This document shows positions 1-8,779 of a stretch of DNA of 64,000 nucleotides, piece after piece. Numbering within the stretch: the stretch's first letter is position 1; each line of letters starts with the position of its first letter. The position numbers and the translations under genes are program-made. The notes under the pieces were generated by a model, which was not told where the DNA came from, made no database searches, and worked only from the letters and a program-made list of their open reading frames with translations. The stretch is from the NCBI GenBank assembly GCA_965228855.1, contig CBDDIJ010000003.1, positions 1,216,001 to 1,280,000 of the forward strand, given 5' to 3'. Source of the DNA: Candidatus Obscuribacterales bacterium. GTDB lineage: Bacteria; Cyanobacteriota; Vampirovibrionia; Obscuribacterales; Obscuribacteraceae.

Positions 1-274
1 TTGTGACTACGTTGCTAGTGTAAGCAGGGAGCGGAAAGTTCTTCGGCCAGCTGTCCGAGGCGGAGATGTGGTATTTGTCGCTCAAGAGCTTCATTACCTG
101 CTCTTTTGATTTGTATTGCTGTATATCGCGCAGCACTTCAGGGGAAGCGTTTTGGTATTGTTGCGCCACTGCAGGTGGTGCTGCCAGATAGTTCAAGCCA
201 GTCGTCATCGTAGCGGCTAGAGCGAGTTTAGAAATGAAACCTGAGAGTGTGAAAAATGAAAGCCGTCTAGTCAT
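1..274 (-). CDS. Partial secreted hypothetical protein (runs off left edge)
   Basis: ATG at 274 with GGAGAG RBS; open frame MTRRLSFFTLSGFISKLALAATMTTGLNYLAAPPAVAQQYQN... with signal-peptide-like N-terminus ending AVA; no stop before base 1; directly follows the Tad genes. Confidence 0.7.
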   Translation of the reverse strand, partial: MTRRLSFFTLSGFISKLALAATMTTGLNYLAAPPAVAQQYQNASPEVLRDIQQYKSKEQVMKLLSDKYHISASDSWPKNFPLPAYTSNVVT

Positions 275-292
275 GTGATTGCTCTCCGTTTA

Positions 293-2014
293 CTAAAGAA
301 GGCTAGGGACTGCGATCCCCAGTGAATAGATTTCAGTCCAGCGTTTCACTCGAAGATCGCCCAGGCATGAGTTGTAACCCGATCCCGGAGTCCAGTACAC
401 ATCTTTATCCCAGAGACCCCAGCCAATTGGGAGACCGGGAACCATAAGGCACTTTGGAAGCGGCTGTCCAGATGCGCTATTGTAGAGCGCTGCCGGACAA
501 TCAGCATCGTCAACGAGCTTCATCTCGGTTCCATCTGGTTCTTCGTTTTGTTTGAGTAGGAGCCACGGTGCCTTCACTAGAGCAAGATATCTCGGTAAGA
601 CTTCTATGTGTTCTCCGTCCGAAGAAAACATGTAGAACTCGCGTTGATCGGCCAGCAGATACAAGATCGTAAGCGGGCTGTTCAAGCTGTCGTGAACCTC
701 ATCCACGGTCACAACTTTGCCAACTTTGCCAACCATCTCATTGGCGCGATTGCATAAATAGGCTTCGATCTTCTCCTTGCCTTCGTCCGGAAGCCCAAAA
801 ATTATCTGGTCTAGCGTGCGAGCGATAACATCGCCGCCTACTTCAACTTCTCCGGAACTTACATAAGAGCAGAAGGCTCCTCCGAAGGGCATTCTCTTCG
901 CTCCCATCGTTTCCAGTTTATATCCGTATTTTTCAGGATCTCCAAACTCAACCTTCTTGGTTGGACCGAATGGGAAGAAGTACCAATGGACATACATCTC
1001 GTCCAGTTTTATACGGACGAAGGAATGGGGAAGCGACATCCTAAAAGTTTGACCTGGATTGGTTAATACCCATGATGTGGCTTTCTGACCGGCTTTGCCG
1101 CCCTTTGATTCTGCAATTCCCTCTCCTGAAAAAGCATTTGGAACAGGCTTGTCCCAACCTTGAAGAGGTTTTGCTTTAAGCAAGTTGTCTCCGAATTCGC
1201 TTCCGGACACCATGCGTGGTGTCTCGTCGTATACGAAAGGAACTTGCCAGAAATTGCGATCCCCTAGCTGAATTGGCTTATAGCCACTAAGGAAGTAGAG
1301 GTCCTTTCCGCTGGACGGTACGTTCTTCCGTGATGACTTCATTACGAGGTCAGGCATCTGGAAGTTTGGCGGCAGTGAATATTGTGGCGGAGCTACCGTG
1401 ACATTACTTTCGCGACCGCGTTGCATGTAGGAAGTTTGCCAGTTGTTTCCTCGCAAAGCTTTTGTACGAATGTCAGTTCCGAGCATTCTCACAGAGTTTT
1501 TGCCGGCTAATTCGTCGAAGAAATTGTAGAGATTTTCCTTCTGTTGCAGTTTATTAGCCAGGCGATTACTTATTGATTGGGCACCCTCAAACGCTTTTTG
1601 CGCATTTGCCTTTCCCTGTCCGCCAGCGCCTTCACGCTCTGCTGCTTCCGCGTTGATTCCTATCTGGAGTGCCTTTGCCCATATGCGATTGACACGGTGC
1701 AAATTGATTTCTTTCAAATCGGACAGACCGAGAGTCAAACTAGCCAGGTAATCTTCACCATGCGTGGTGTCATTTGCGACATCAGCGAAAATGAGTTCAT
1801 TGGCAGACGGCATGAGGGGGACGCTGACATCATCTGCAACTCGTTTTCCGACATTGAGCATGCCCGCATCGGTTGCGTTCTTCGTTTCATTCTGTCCACC
1901 CATATACATGGTCAAGCCGAAAAAGGCGATCCCGATAAGCAATAGAACAAACGCCAGAACAGCGCCAAGTGAGATGGAGCCGCGGGTTCGGTGTTTCTTA
2001 CTCAATAGCTTCAT
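293..2014 (-). CDS. TadG-like large pilin/adhesin (N-terminal Tad pilin helix)
   Basis: Basic leader, RG|SISL, hydrophobic helix, then ETKNATDAG motif typical of TadG-like proteins; ATG 2014 has AGGAG RBS (track start 2038). Confidence 0.7.
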   Translation of the reverse strand: MKLLSKKHRTRGSISLGAVLAFVLLLIGIAFFGLTMYMGGQNETKNATDAGMLNVGKRVADDVSVPLMPSANELIFADVANDTTHGEDYLASLTLGLSDLKEINLHRVNRIWAKALQIGINAEAAEREGAGGQGKANAQKAFEGAQSISNRLANKLQQKENLYNFFDELAGKNSVRMLGTDIRTKALRGNNWQTSYMQRGRESNVTVAPPQYSLPPNFQMPDLVMKSSRKNVPSSGKDLYFLSGYKPIQLGDRNFWQVPFVYDETPRMVSGSEFGDNLLKAKPLQGWDKPVPNAFSGEGIAESKGGKAGQKATSWVLTNPGQTFRMSLPHSFVRIKLDEMYVHWYFFPFGPTKKVEFGDPEKYGYKLETMGAKRMPFGGAFCSYVSSGEVEVGGDVIARTLDQIIFGLPDEGKEKIEAYLCNRANEMVGKVGKVVTVDEVHDSLNSPLTILYLLADQREFYMFSSDGEHIEVLPRYLALVKAPWLLLKQNEEPDGTEMKLVDDADCPAALYNSASGQPLPKCLMVPGLPIGWGLWDKDVYWTPGSGYNSCLGDLRVKRWTEIYSLGIAVPSLL

Positions 2015-2034
2015 CGGTATTGCTCCTAAGTTTT

Positions 2035-2442
2035 TCAATGAGCAACGACTGGTTCGGTCGCCTGGGCTAAAAATGTATAGCTTGCGCCAATTCCCGGGAC
2101 TGGAATTGGTAGCGAAACGTGCATTTTGGTTGTGGCTGACACGGTTTGCTTCGGCACATAGTCAAGACTTTTGAGACTCAATTCGGTGATGAAGCCGGCG
2201 TTGCCTTTTTTGTTTTCTTTGAGAGAGTTCTGAGCTGCTTCGACAGCTTTTGCTAAAGACGATTGGCTTGCAGCTGCGCGGGCGGCGTTTTTCGCGGCGC
2301 CGTCATTTACACCATTGGCTAAAACCATTACTATTAAATCAATCAGCGCCATTGCGATCACGATGATTATCGTACCGACGGCAACCGCTTCAATCATTTG
2401 CGAGCCGCACTTTCGACGTTTTCTCCTTCGATCATCCGGCAT
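2035..2442 (-). CDS. TadE-like minor pilin
   Basis: RRRKCG|SQMIE prepilin site with Glu+5, hydrophobic helix, AAKNAARAAA motif. Confidence 0.75.
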   Translation of the reverse strand: MPDDRRRKRRKCGSQMIEAVAVGTIIIVIAMALIDLIVMVLANGVNDGAAKNAARAAASQSSLAKAVEAAQNSLKENKKGNAGFITELSLKSLDYVPKQTVSATTKMHVSLPIPVPGIGASYTFLAQATEPVVAH

Positions 2443-2965
2443 TTTCAGGGTTCTCCATTGGTCGTTCCGACTCTATGTGAAGCGGCACAGGAGTATTGAG
2501 TGCTGGGACCTTCAAGATTGGAAACGGCACGAACACTGCAGGATTGCAAACGACAGTTGTTTTGACCATGACATACTTGCTGGTCGATGATGCGTCACCG
2601 CCGGAGATGCCATCTCTATAACTAATTTCGGTGACCGGTCGACCGGCAACATTTACAAATTTGCCTAAACCACTGTCATGCCACTGCGCAGGAATTCCTT
2701 TTTTTACCATCCCATTGGGATCCTGAGCTTGTTCGGCGGGCACCAGGGATGCCTCATGAACCTGGTTGTTGTTTAGAACCTTAACTACGCCGTAGGCGAA
2801 ACAAATGGAGACCAGGTCCAGAACAGGAAAGAAGAAGAGTAAAAGCAGAATGAAAAGTGCGGGACCGAACTCCGCGAGCGTTGCAGCGCAGATGTTTCGC
2901 ACCTTCGCTTTGCGTCGGTGTTTGGTAACACTCAGCTTGAATTGTCGCTTCGAATTGCGGATCAT
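2432..2965 (-). CDS. TadE-like minor pilin
   Basis: Basic leader, A|ATLAEFGPALFILLLLFFFP (Glu+5, hydrophobic helix); overlaps next pilin gene. Confidence 0.7.
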   Translation of the reverse strand: MIRNSKRQFKLSVTKHRRKAKVRNICAATLAEFGPALFILLLLFFFPVLDLVSICFAYGVVKVLNNNQVHEASLVPAEQAQDPNGMVKKGIPAQWHDSGLGKFVNVAGRPVTEISYRDGISGGDASSTSKYVMVKTTVVCNPAVFVPFPILKVPALNTPVPLHIESERPMENPENAG

Positions 2966-3079
2966 GGTTGCTGAAACTTGCGAAAGTAATTACATCAAGA
3001 GTTTCCACAGTATCTCACAAAGTATACTTGGGTAGGCGGACTTTTTAGGACGCCTGAACAGTCAGTCAAGGACCACTGG

Positions 3080-4354
3080 ATGACCTCCAACAACCCTCAG
3101 GACGAAAACAGGCAGCTGAATTACTCTGACCACCTCAGGCGAGTCAGGCAAGTAAAGCGAACTCTGGATGTGGCAACGCCGAACGTTGACACTGTTCACT
3201 CAGCTGATGGTGCCGCCGTACCTCGGTTTTTAAAGCAACAGGAGTCAGCGACCGAAACTTATGGAGCTGACGCGAATCTTGCACGGGAGAGTTCTATCGA
3301 TCCCAAGAAAATGAAGCCAGTAGGGCGCGATCACATTTCTCACGAGTCACTGAGGGACCAAGCCGTCTCGCGGAAGACGAGACGTCCAGCAGAAGACGTT
3401 GACATTGCTAAAGCACTTCTGAACGCAGAAACGCCGGCCGGTCATCCAGCAGAGTCGATACAGCAGCCACAATTCCACCCTCAAGATATATCTCCGGATT
3501 CAGCTAAGCCGCCGACGTCGACCAGTTCAGCGGTCCAACCAGGGGTTGATCAGCCGATGGCCGAAGCTGCTTCCCAAAAGCCGCCACAAACTCCGCCATC
3601 TTCGTCTGTCTGGACTGAGCCGGTTGAGCAAGATGCTTTCCGACGGGGCAGCTCAAGGCAGTTTGTCGCAAAAACGCTCATGGATCACAATGCCATTTTG
3701 AAGGCGCAGGCGTTGCGACAGAAAGCCCGAATAGAGAAGGAGATTGCAGAAAGGCAGAAGCAGCCGGTAAAACTGGTGGAGCCGATCAAGGCGCAGAAGG
3801 AAGTTCGCTCCTGCCCCTTTTCGTGGTCGGAAGACGTTTCTGGTGAGCGGTTTAGGTATTGCAGCAAATGCCAGGCTCCAGTCTATAACCTGGATGGGCT
3901 AGATTTTGCCGAGGCCGAAAAACTGATTTTCAAAAGAGAGAATCGCAAGAAGTTTGCGATCTTCAAAAGACCAGACGGCAAGTTCATGACTTCGGATTGT
4001 CCGGTTGAGAAGAGAAAAAGACAGCAGTTTGTCGGATTGATCGCCCTGTCCGTGTGTTTAGTTATCGTCGTTGTTAGTGTTCTGATAATGATGCCTCCCA
4101 GTACCTCGGTTAGTTCCGATAATTTATTCGAAGCTCCTGCACCGGATCCGGTGTCATCAAACTGGTCGGAAGACCCGCCCGTCTCAGGTTCGAAGTCGAC
4201 AGCCACCAAATCTGGTGAGGGGATCCAGCACTACGAAGCTGGCGATGTTTTACCAAAGGAGCCGGCTAGCAGTGGAATCGATACCAGCAAGCCCGCGCCG
4301 AAGGCGGTCACTGAATCCGAGGAGAACGGAGATTTCTGGGAATTCGGACCGTAA
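3080..4354 (+). CDS. Single-pass membrane protein with Cys-rich putative Zn-binding module
   Basis: 424 aa; low-complexity N-half, CPFSW..RYCSKC..VYNL..KRPDGKFMTSDCP module, then one TM helix. Confidence 0.75.
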   Translation: MTSNNPQDENRQLNYSDHLRRVRQVKRTLDVATPNVDTVHSADGAAVPRFLKQQESATETYGADANLARESSIDPKKMKPVGRDHISHESLRDQAVSRKTRRPAEDVDIAKALLNAETPAGHPAESIQQPQFHPQDISPDSAKPPTSTSSAVQPGVDQPMAEAASQKPPQTPPSSSVWTEPVEQDAFRRGSSRQFVAKTLMDHNAILKAQALRQKARIEKEIAERQKQPVKLVEPIKAQKEVRSCPFSWSEDVSGERFRYCSKCQAPVYNLDGLDFAEAEKLIFKRENRKKFAIFKRPDGKFMTSDCPVEKRKRQQFVGLIALSVCLVIVVVSVLIMMPPSTSVSSDNLFEAPAPDPVSSNWSEDPPVSGSKSTATKSGEGIQHYEAGDVLPKEPASSGIDTSKPAPKAVTESEENGDFWEFGP

Positions 4355-4373
4355 CCGCGTCGACGTACCCGAC

Positions 4374-5939
4374 CTACCTGGCGTGAGCTGCATCTTCACG
4401 TTCTGATCGAACTCGAAGCTGTTTTTCATCCAGAGATCTTCGATAATCTTCAATGACCTCGCTCGATATATGACCTCTATTAGAGAGCTCGTTCAACCGA
4501 TCCTTTTGAGCCATGACCAGCTCGCTGTCAACTTGCAGGCGTTCTAAAACGGTTGCAGAATCGGGCTCTGCATAGGCAAGTTGCAGGAGTTGTTCCGTCT
4601 CCTCTTTTTTGTCTCGAAGTTTTTCGATTTCTTTGCGATGGTGTTTTCTCTCCATCTTGTTTTGTCTAACAAGCGAATCAATGCGCTTCTTTTCATTATC
4701 GAGTCGGGACAGTTGCAGTTCCAATTGTGCGGTCTTCGAAGTTCTAACGGGGATAACTTTCAGCAATTTCACTAATGGTTCCACTGTTAATCCTGGAACG
4801 AGCAAGGTGAAGAGCGCCACACCAAATGTGGTGACGATCACCGCCTCGCGCTGCGGAAAGTCCATGGGCAAGCTTAATGCCATTGCCATGCAGAGCGAGC
4901 CTCTCAGCCCTCCCCAGAGAAGAAGCGCTCGCCACTTCATCGGTATGGGTTGTTGTTTGCTCGATACTAGCGGGCTAAGACCATAGATTACGACAAATCG
5001 TGCAATCAGAATTGCCACGACTCCGGCCAGAATTGATGGAGAATATTTGATCAGTAAGTCGAACTTGATCTGCATGCCAATGAGGAGAAATACCAGCGAT
5101 TCTGCGATGAACGCTGCATACTCCCAGAATGAGTCGACCAGGAGCCTCGTTGATGCGGACATCCTCTGTCTGCTGCCGAAGTTTCCCATGACGATACCGG
5201 AGGTGAGTACTGCTATCACTGCAGATACGTGCAGGTGCTCGGCGCAAATATAGGAGCCGTAAGCAACTAACACCGTAAGAGTGGTCTCGAGCAGATGGTC
5301 ATCAAAATAACGCGTTGCTTTTGACGCCAGAAATCCTGCCGCTGCGCCAACGGCAATGCCACCGCATGTGATGCTGACGAAATCCACCGCTATTGTTGTC
5401 CATGAAAAATCCCCACCCGCAAGAATCGCGGCTAGAAAAATTCTAAAGAGGGCAACTGCGGTGCCGTCGTTCAAAAGGCTTTCGCCTTCCAGTATAGTGT
5501 GCAGCCGTCTGTTTACGTTCAAGCTTTTGAATAATGCTAAAACGGAGATTGGGTCGGTTGCGGAGATCATTGAGCCGAACAGAAGCGCTATCTTCAGATC
5601 AAAGCTGGTCAATGCATGCAGCACGAGTCCAACAGTCACTGTGGACACCATGACACCGACTGTCGCGAAGGCTGTCACGGGCTTCCAGCATTTCTTCAAA
5701 GTTTCGAAGTGCAGGTTCCATGATGCTTCGAAGAGCAGGACTGGCAGGAATATAAGTAAGATCAATTCAGGAGTCATGGCTACGACCGGCAGCCAATGAA
5801 AAACGCCGATGAGTAATCCCACTATCACGAGAGCGATCGAGTAGGGCAGTTTGACCCACTTAGTCACGACTGCCACGCCTGATGCGAGAAGCAACATCGA
5901 GAAGAGTACATACAGATTGAGATTTTCACCGTGATTCAT
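4374..5939 (-). CDS. nhaP: CPA1-family Na+/H+ antiporter
   Basis: LPVLLFEA, SATDPISV, EGESLLNDG and GLRG motifs; many TM helices; ATG 5939 with GAGGAG RBS. Confidence 0.92.
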   Translation of the reverse strand: MNHGENLNLYVLFSMLLLASGVAVVTKWVKLPYSIALVIVGLLIGVFHWLPVVAMTPELILLIFLPVLLFEASWNLHFETLKKCWKPVTAFATVGVMVSTVTVGLVLHALTSFDLKIALLFGSMISATDPISVLALFKSLNVNRRLHTILEGESLLNDGTAVALFRIFLAAILAGGDFSWTTIAVDFVSITCGGIAVGAAAGFLASKATRYFDDHLLETTLTVLVAYGSYICAEHLHVSAVIAVLTSGIVMGNFGSRQRMSASTRLLVDSFWEYAAFIAESLVFLLIGMQIKFDLLIKYSPSILAGVVAILIARFVVIYGLSPLVSSKQQPIPMKWRALLLWGGLRGSLCMAMALSLPMDFPQREAVIVTTFGVALFTLLVPGLTVEPLVKLLKVIPVRTSKTAQLELQLSRLDNEKKRIDSLVRQNKMERKHHRKEIEKLRDKKEETEQLLQLAYAEPDSATVLERLQVDSELVMAQKDRLNELSNRGHISSEVIEDYRRSLDEKQLRVRSEREDAAHAR

Positions 5940-6323
5940 TGGAACTCCTCGGTGCCTATGCACGACAGAACATAGCAAGCGTGTACAACGGAAGTGCGCG
6001 CCATACAGTAATCAGTTTGTAATTTCGCTTGATTCCTCATCCAGCATTTAACCGCGATGGCTCTGCACATCGCGGTTCTAAGCGTGACTCTCGGTCTTCA
6101 AGCTGATAGGTTACCGCGGCTAACGGGCTCTTATACCTGAGCAAATCAAACCGTGTTAACCTTTCGATTATTACGGAAAGATTCTTTCAATAGCCGTTCT
6201 AAACCGAAATTCTTCAGGATTTCGCCGGCGGTTCGTGAAGCAAGTTATGTATGGTAATTGGTCGCGGAGGTGTCGTAATTCGCGTTTGATACCGCCGGTA
6301 GTGACCAATTGGAGCTAGCGATT

Positions 6324-6352
6324 TTGCGCATAATGTACTTTCGTGATATAAT
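6324..6352 (+). promoter_or_regulatory. Sigma70-type promoter TTGCGC-N17-TATAAT with extended TG
   Basis: Read directly; implies a ~200-nt leader before ATG 6557. Confidence 0.6.
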
Positions 6353-6357
6353 TGTAC

Positions 6358-6556
6358 TGAAGGCAAGGTAAGAGGAAGCGCTCCGCAAGCTGATGGCGGG
6401 GGACCATCTGCATTTGGAGGTGTGCTGCAAGTATATAGTGATGAAATAGAGCGGGCACTACCAGTGGTGCAATGAAGGCTGACGGACATCGTAGTCGCCT
6501 TTTGAAGGACCGACTCACCTGCGCGAACCGCGTGGGGTGCTCGAAAGGAGGGGAGA
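6358..6556 (+). ncRNA. Possible structured 5' leader partly resembling the c-di-AMP (ydaO) riboswitch
   Basis: GGCGGGGGACCA...TTGGAGGTG near 5' end and GACTCACCTGCG...GAAAGGAGG near 3' end; several consensus blocks missing. Confidence 0.25.
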
Positions 6557-6961
6557 ATGAAAGATTTTAAGATGTTGCGTTATGTGCTCGCTGGGAGTAC
6601 TGCTCGGCGAGTGCGCAGCTTATACCGTTTGGCCAGAAACAGAAGGGTTCAGCTCCGAGTAAGAGTAGCAGAGAACACGTCATGCCCGATTAGTCTGCTT
6701 GCCATTCTTTCGAACGACGCCAATGCGGAAGTTAGAATGGCTGTTGCGTTAAACTCCAGCTGCACAGACGATCTGCGTCAACTGCTATCAAAAGACGCAA
6801 ATCCTGATGTGCGTTTTCGCATCGCCTCTGCTGGTTATATGCCTATGAAAGTACTTCTGGAGTTGGCTGACGATGAAAATCCATACGTGCAGGCGCGAGC
6901 CGTTCAAACACTAAATAGAGTTGCACAGCAAGGAGTGCTGCGACATCAACGGGTCAGCTGA
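6557..6961 (+). CDS. Leucine-rich-variant/HEAT-like repeat protein
   Basis: Repeats LSNDANAEVRMAVA / LSKDANPDVRFRIA / LADDENPYVQARAV; AGGAGG RBS. Confidence 0.8.
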   Translation: MKDFKMLRYVLAGSTARRVRSLYRLARNRRVQLRVRVAENTSCPISLLAILSNDANAEVRMAVALNSSCTDDLRQLLSKDANPDVRFRIASAGYMPMKVLLELADDENPYVQARAVQTLNRVAQQGVLRHQRVS

Positions 6962-7135
6962 AAGCTGCTCTCGTTTTAAATTGTCGGTTGCGTTGTTAGG
7001 CAATTTAAAGATGTGTCGAATTCGGTGTGATCTTTTCGTGATCGCACTAATCTTGCACAACTGGTATTTGATTTGTTGCGACAATAGATCTGGTGCCGCT
7101 TGTGGCGAACTTGTGATCGTCAGTTTTATGAAATT

Positions 7136-8779
7136 ATGCCAGTGAAGATTGTCCGTGCATTCTTGTTCTCACTCAGCGTTTGCGTTCATCTCGTAACTCT
7201 TCGATGCGATGTAGCCCTTGCTCAATCTTCAGTGAAGGATCAATCAACTGGACGCTCGACGTCAAGCGATTCGTCCTCGTCTATTTCTCCGGAGGCTGTT
7301 TCTCCGCAAATGACTTCGGACAGTTCTCCTGCCGAACCTGAACCATACGGTGATGCTCCGGCTCTTCGTGGTGTAGATCAAAACTATTCGCCAATAATTC
7401 TTAAAAACCGCATACAGCAAAGTGTGTTTGATAAACCATTCACTCTGGAAGGCGCCGTCAGATACGCCGATGAAAACTATCCATCCATTCTCAAGAGTCG
7501 CGCCCAATCAGAAGCAGCTAAGTCTGACATTAAGGTGCAGAAGCTCAATGAATACATGCCGGACTCGCTCTTTCAGTATCAGGACATCATGGCAAGCCAC
7601 AACAAACTGGCGGAAGTATTCTATGGTAGTCCAGTTTTCCCGGCTGTCTCCGGACCTGGAACCAACAAGATCAGCATGGCACCGGTCTTTTACAGCGGTG
7701 GCGGTTTCAGTCTTGATTGGGCGCCGCTTGATTTCGGATTGCATAAATCGCGAATTAACCTTGTAAAATCTCACTACACAAGAGCCCTTGCACAACAGGA
7801 CTTAACGAGGTTTGATGTCGAAATCGCTACCGCCAGTGCGTTTCTTGATGTCGTCGAGGCGCTTGAACAGGTCCGTGCGGCAGAGGAAAACGTTGCTTCT
7901 TTTTCGCAATTCCGAACCGTTGTGGAGGCGCAAGTAAAGTCAGATTTGAAACCTGGCGCTGATGCGTCTTTAGCCGAGGCGCAACTGGCTAACGCGACTA
8001 ATCAGGTTCTACGCGCACGTCTTAACCGCGAAATATCACTTGCAAATCTTGCCAATGCAATTGGAGCGGGCGGCAGAGAAGTGAACATAAATCCATTTGG
8101 TTTCGTCGCTGAGCATCAGCCTCCCATGCATCTTTTCGTCACGCCGCCGCTATTTGAAAATGTGCCACTATTGCGGGCATCGAGAGCTGCCGTAGATTCG
8201 ACGAAGGCACAACGCAAAGTATTAGATAAAGAGTACTTTCCGGTTTTCCATTTCTTAGGAGGGTTCCAAACGCGCTCTTCCGGTCTTTCTCTCGATGGAA
8301 AACGTAGGCAATCGCAAGGCGGAGCAGGGATCTTTCCCGTAATACCTAACTATCAACTGGCTCTGATCATAAACTGGAACTTCCTTGACTATTTCAGAAT
8401 AAAGGCCGAAAAGAAAGTACAGGACCATCGAATTGTCGCTCAGGAGCAGGACTACAATCAAATTCTGCAAAACTTGCAGACTGAAGATGTGACCTCACGA
8501 GCAAAAATACGCACGGCCATTCAACTGGCTGCTAATATGCCGGTCCAAGTAAAAGCCGCTTCCACCGCAGTGGACCAAGCTCAGGCACGCTATAAGGCCG
8601 GACTTGGCAGCGTTGCTCAGGTTGCAGAGGCGACCCAGGTATTAGCTCAATCGCGAATGCAAGAGGCGATCGCACGAGTTGGAATCTGGCGCGCACTGCT
8701 TTCTGTTTCATCGGTGAGGGGAGATCTGAAACCATTTCTTGCCGAAGCCCGTCGCGCCCAAACAAAGAGTATCCAATGA
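7136..8779 (+). CDS. TolC-family outer membrane efflux protein
   Basis: Signal peptide, duplicated coiled-coil OEP repeats (AQARYKAGLGS); first gene of RND operon; start uncertain (7100/7136). Confidence 0.85.
   Translation: MPVKIVRAFLFSLSVCVHLVTLRCDVALAQSSVKDQSTGRSTSSDSSSSISPEAVSPQMTSDSSPAEPEPYGDAPALRGVDQNYSPIILKNRIQQSVFDKPFTLEGAVRYADENYPSILKSRAQSEAAKSDIKVQKLNEYMPDSLFQYQDIMASHNKLAEVFYGSPVFPAVSGPGTNKISMAPVFYSGGGFSLDWAPLDFGLHKSRINLVKSHYTRALAQQDLTRFDVEIATASAFLDVVEALEQVRAAEENVASFSQFRTVVEAQVKSDLKPGADASLAEAQLANATNQVLRARLNREISLANLANAIGAGGREVNINPFGFVAEHQPPMHLFVTPPLFENVPLLRASRAAVDSTKAQRKVLDKEYFPVFHFLGGFQTRSSGLSLDGKRRQSQGGAGIFPVIPNYQLALIINWNFLDYFRIKAEKKVQDHRIVAQEQDYNQILQNLQTEDVTSRAKIRTAIQLAANMPVQVKAASTAVDQAQARYKAGLGSVAQVAEATQVLAQSRMQEAIARVGIWRALLSVSSVRGDLKPFLAEARRAQTKSIQ

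Noticed and set aside
6425..6480. c-di-GMP-II-like words (TGATGAA..GGGCACT..GTGCAA)
   Set aside because: Spacing is too short and flanking helices are missing.
7025..7047. Imperfect palindrome GTGTGATC-N7-GATCGCAC before the efflux operon
   Set aside because: Single imperfect copy and no adjacent regulator to link it to.
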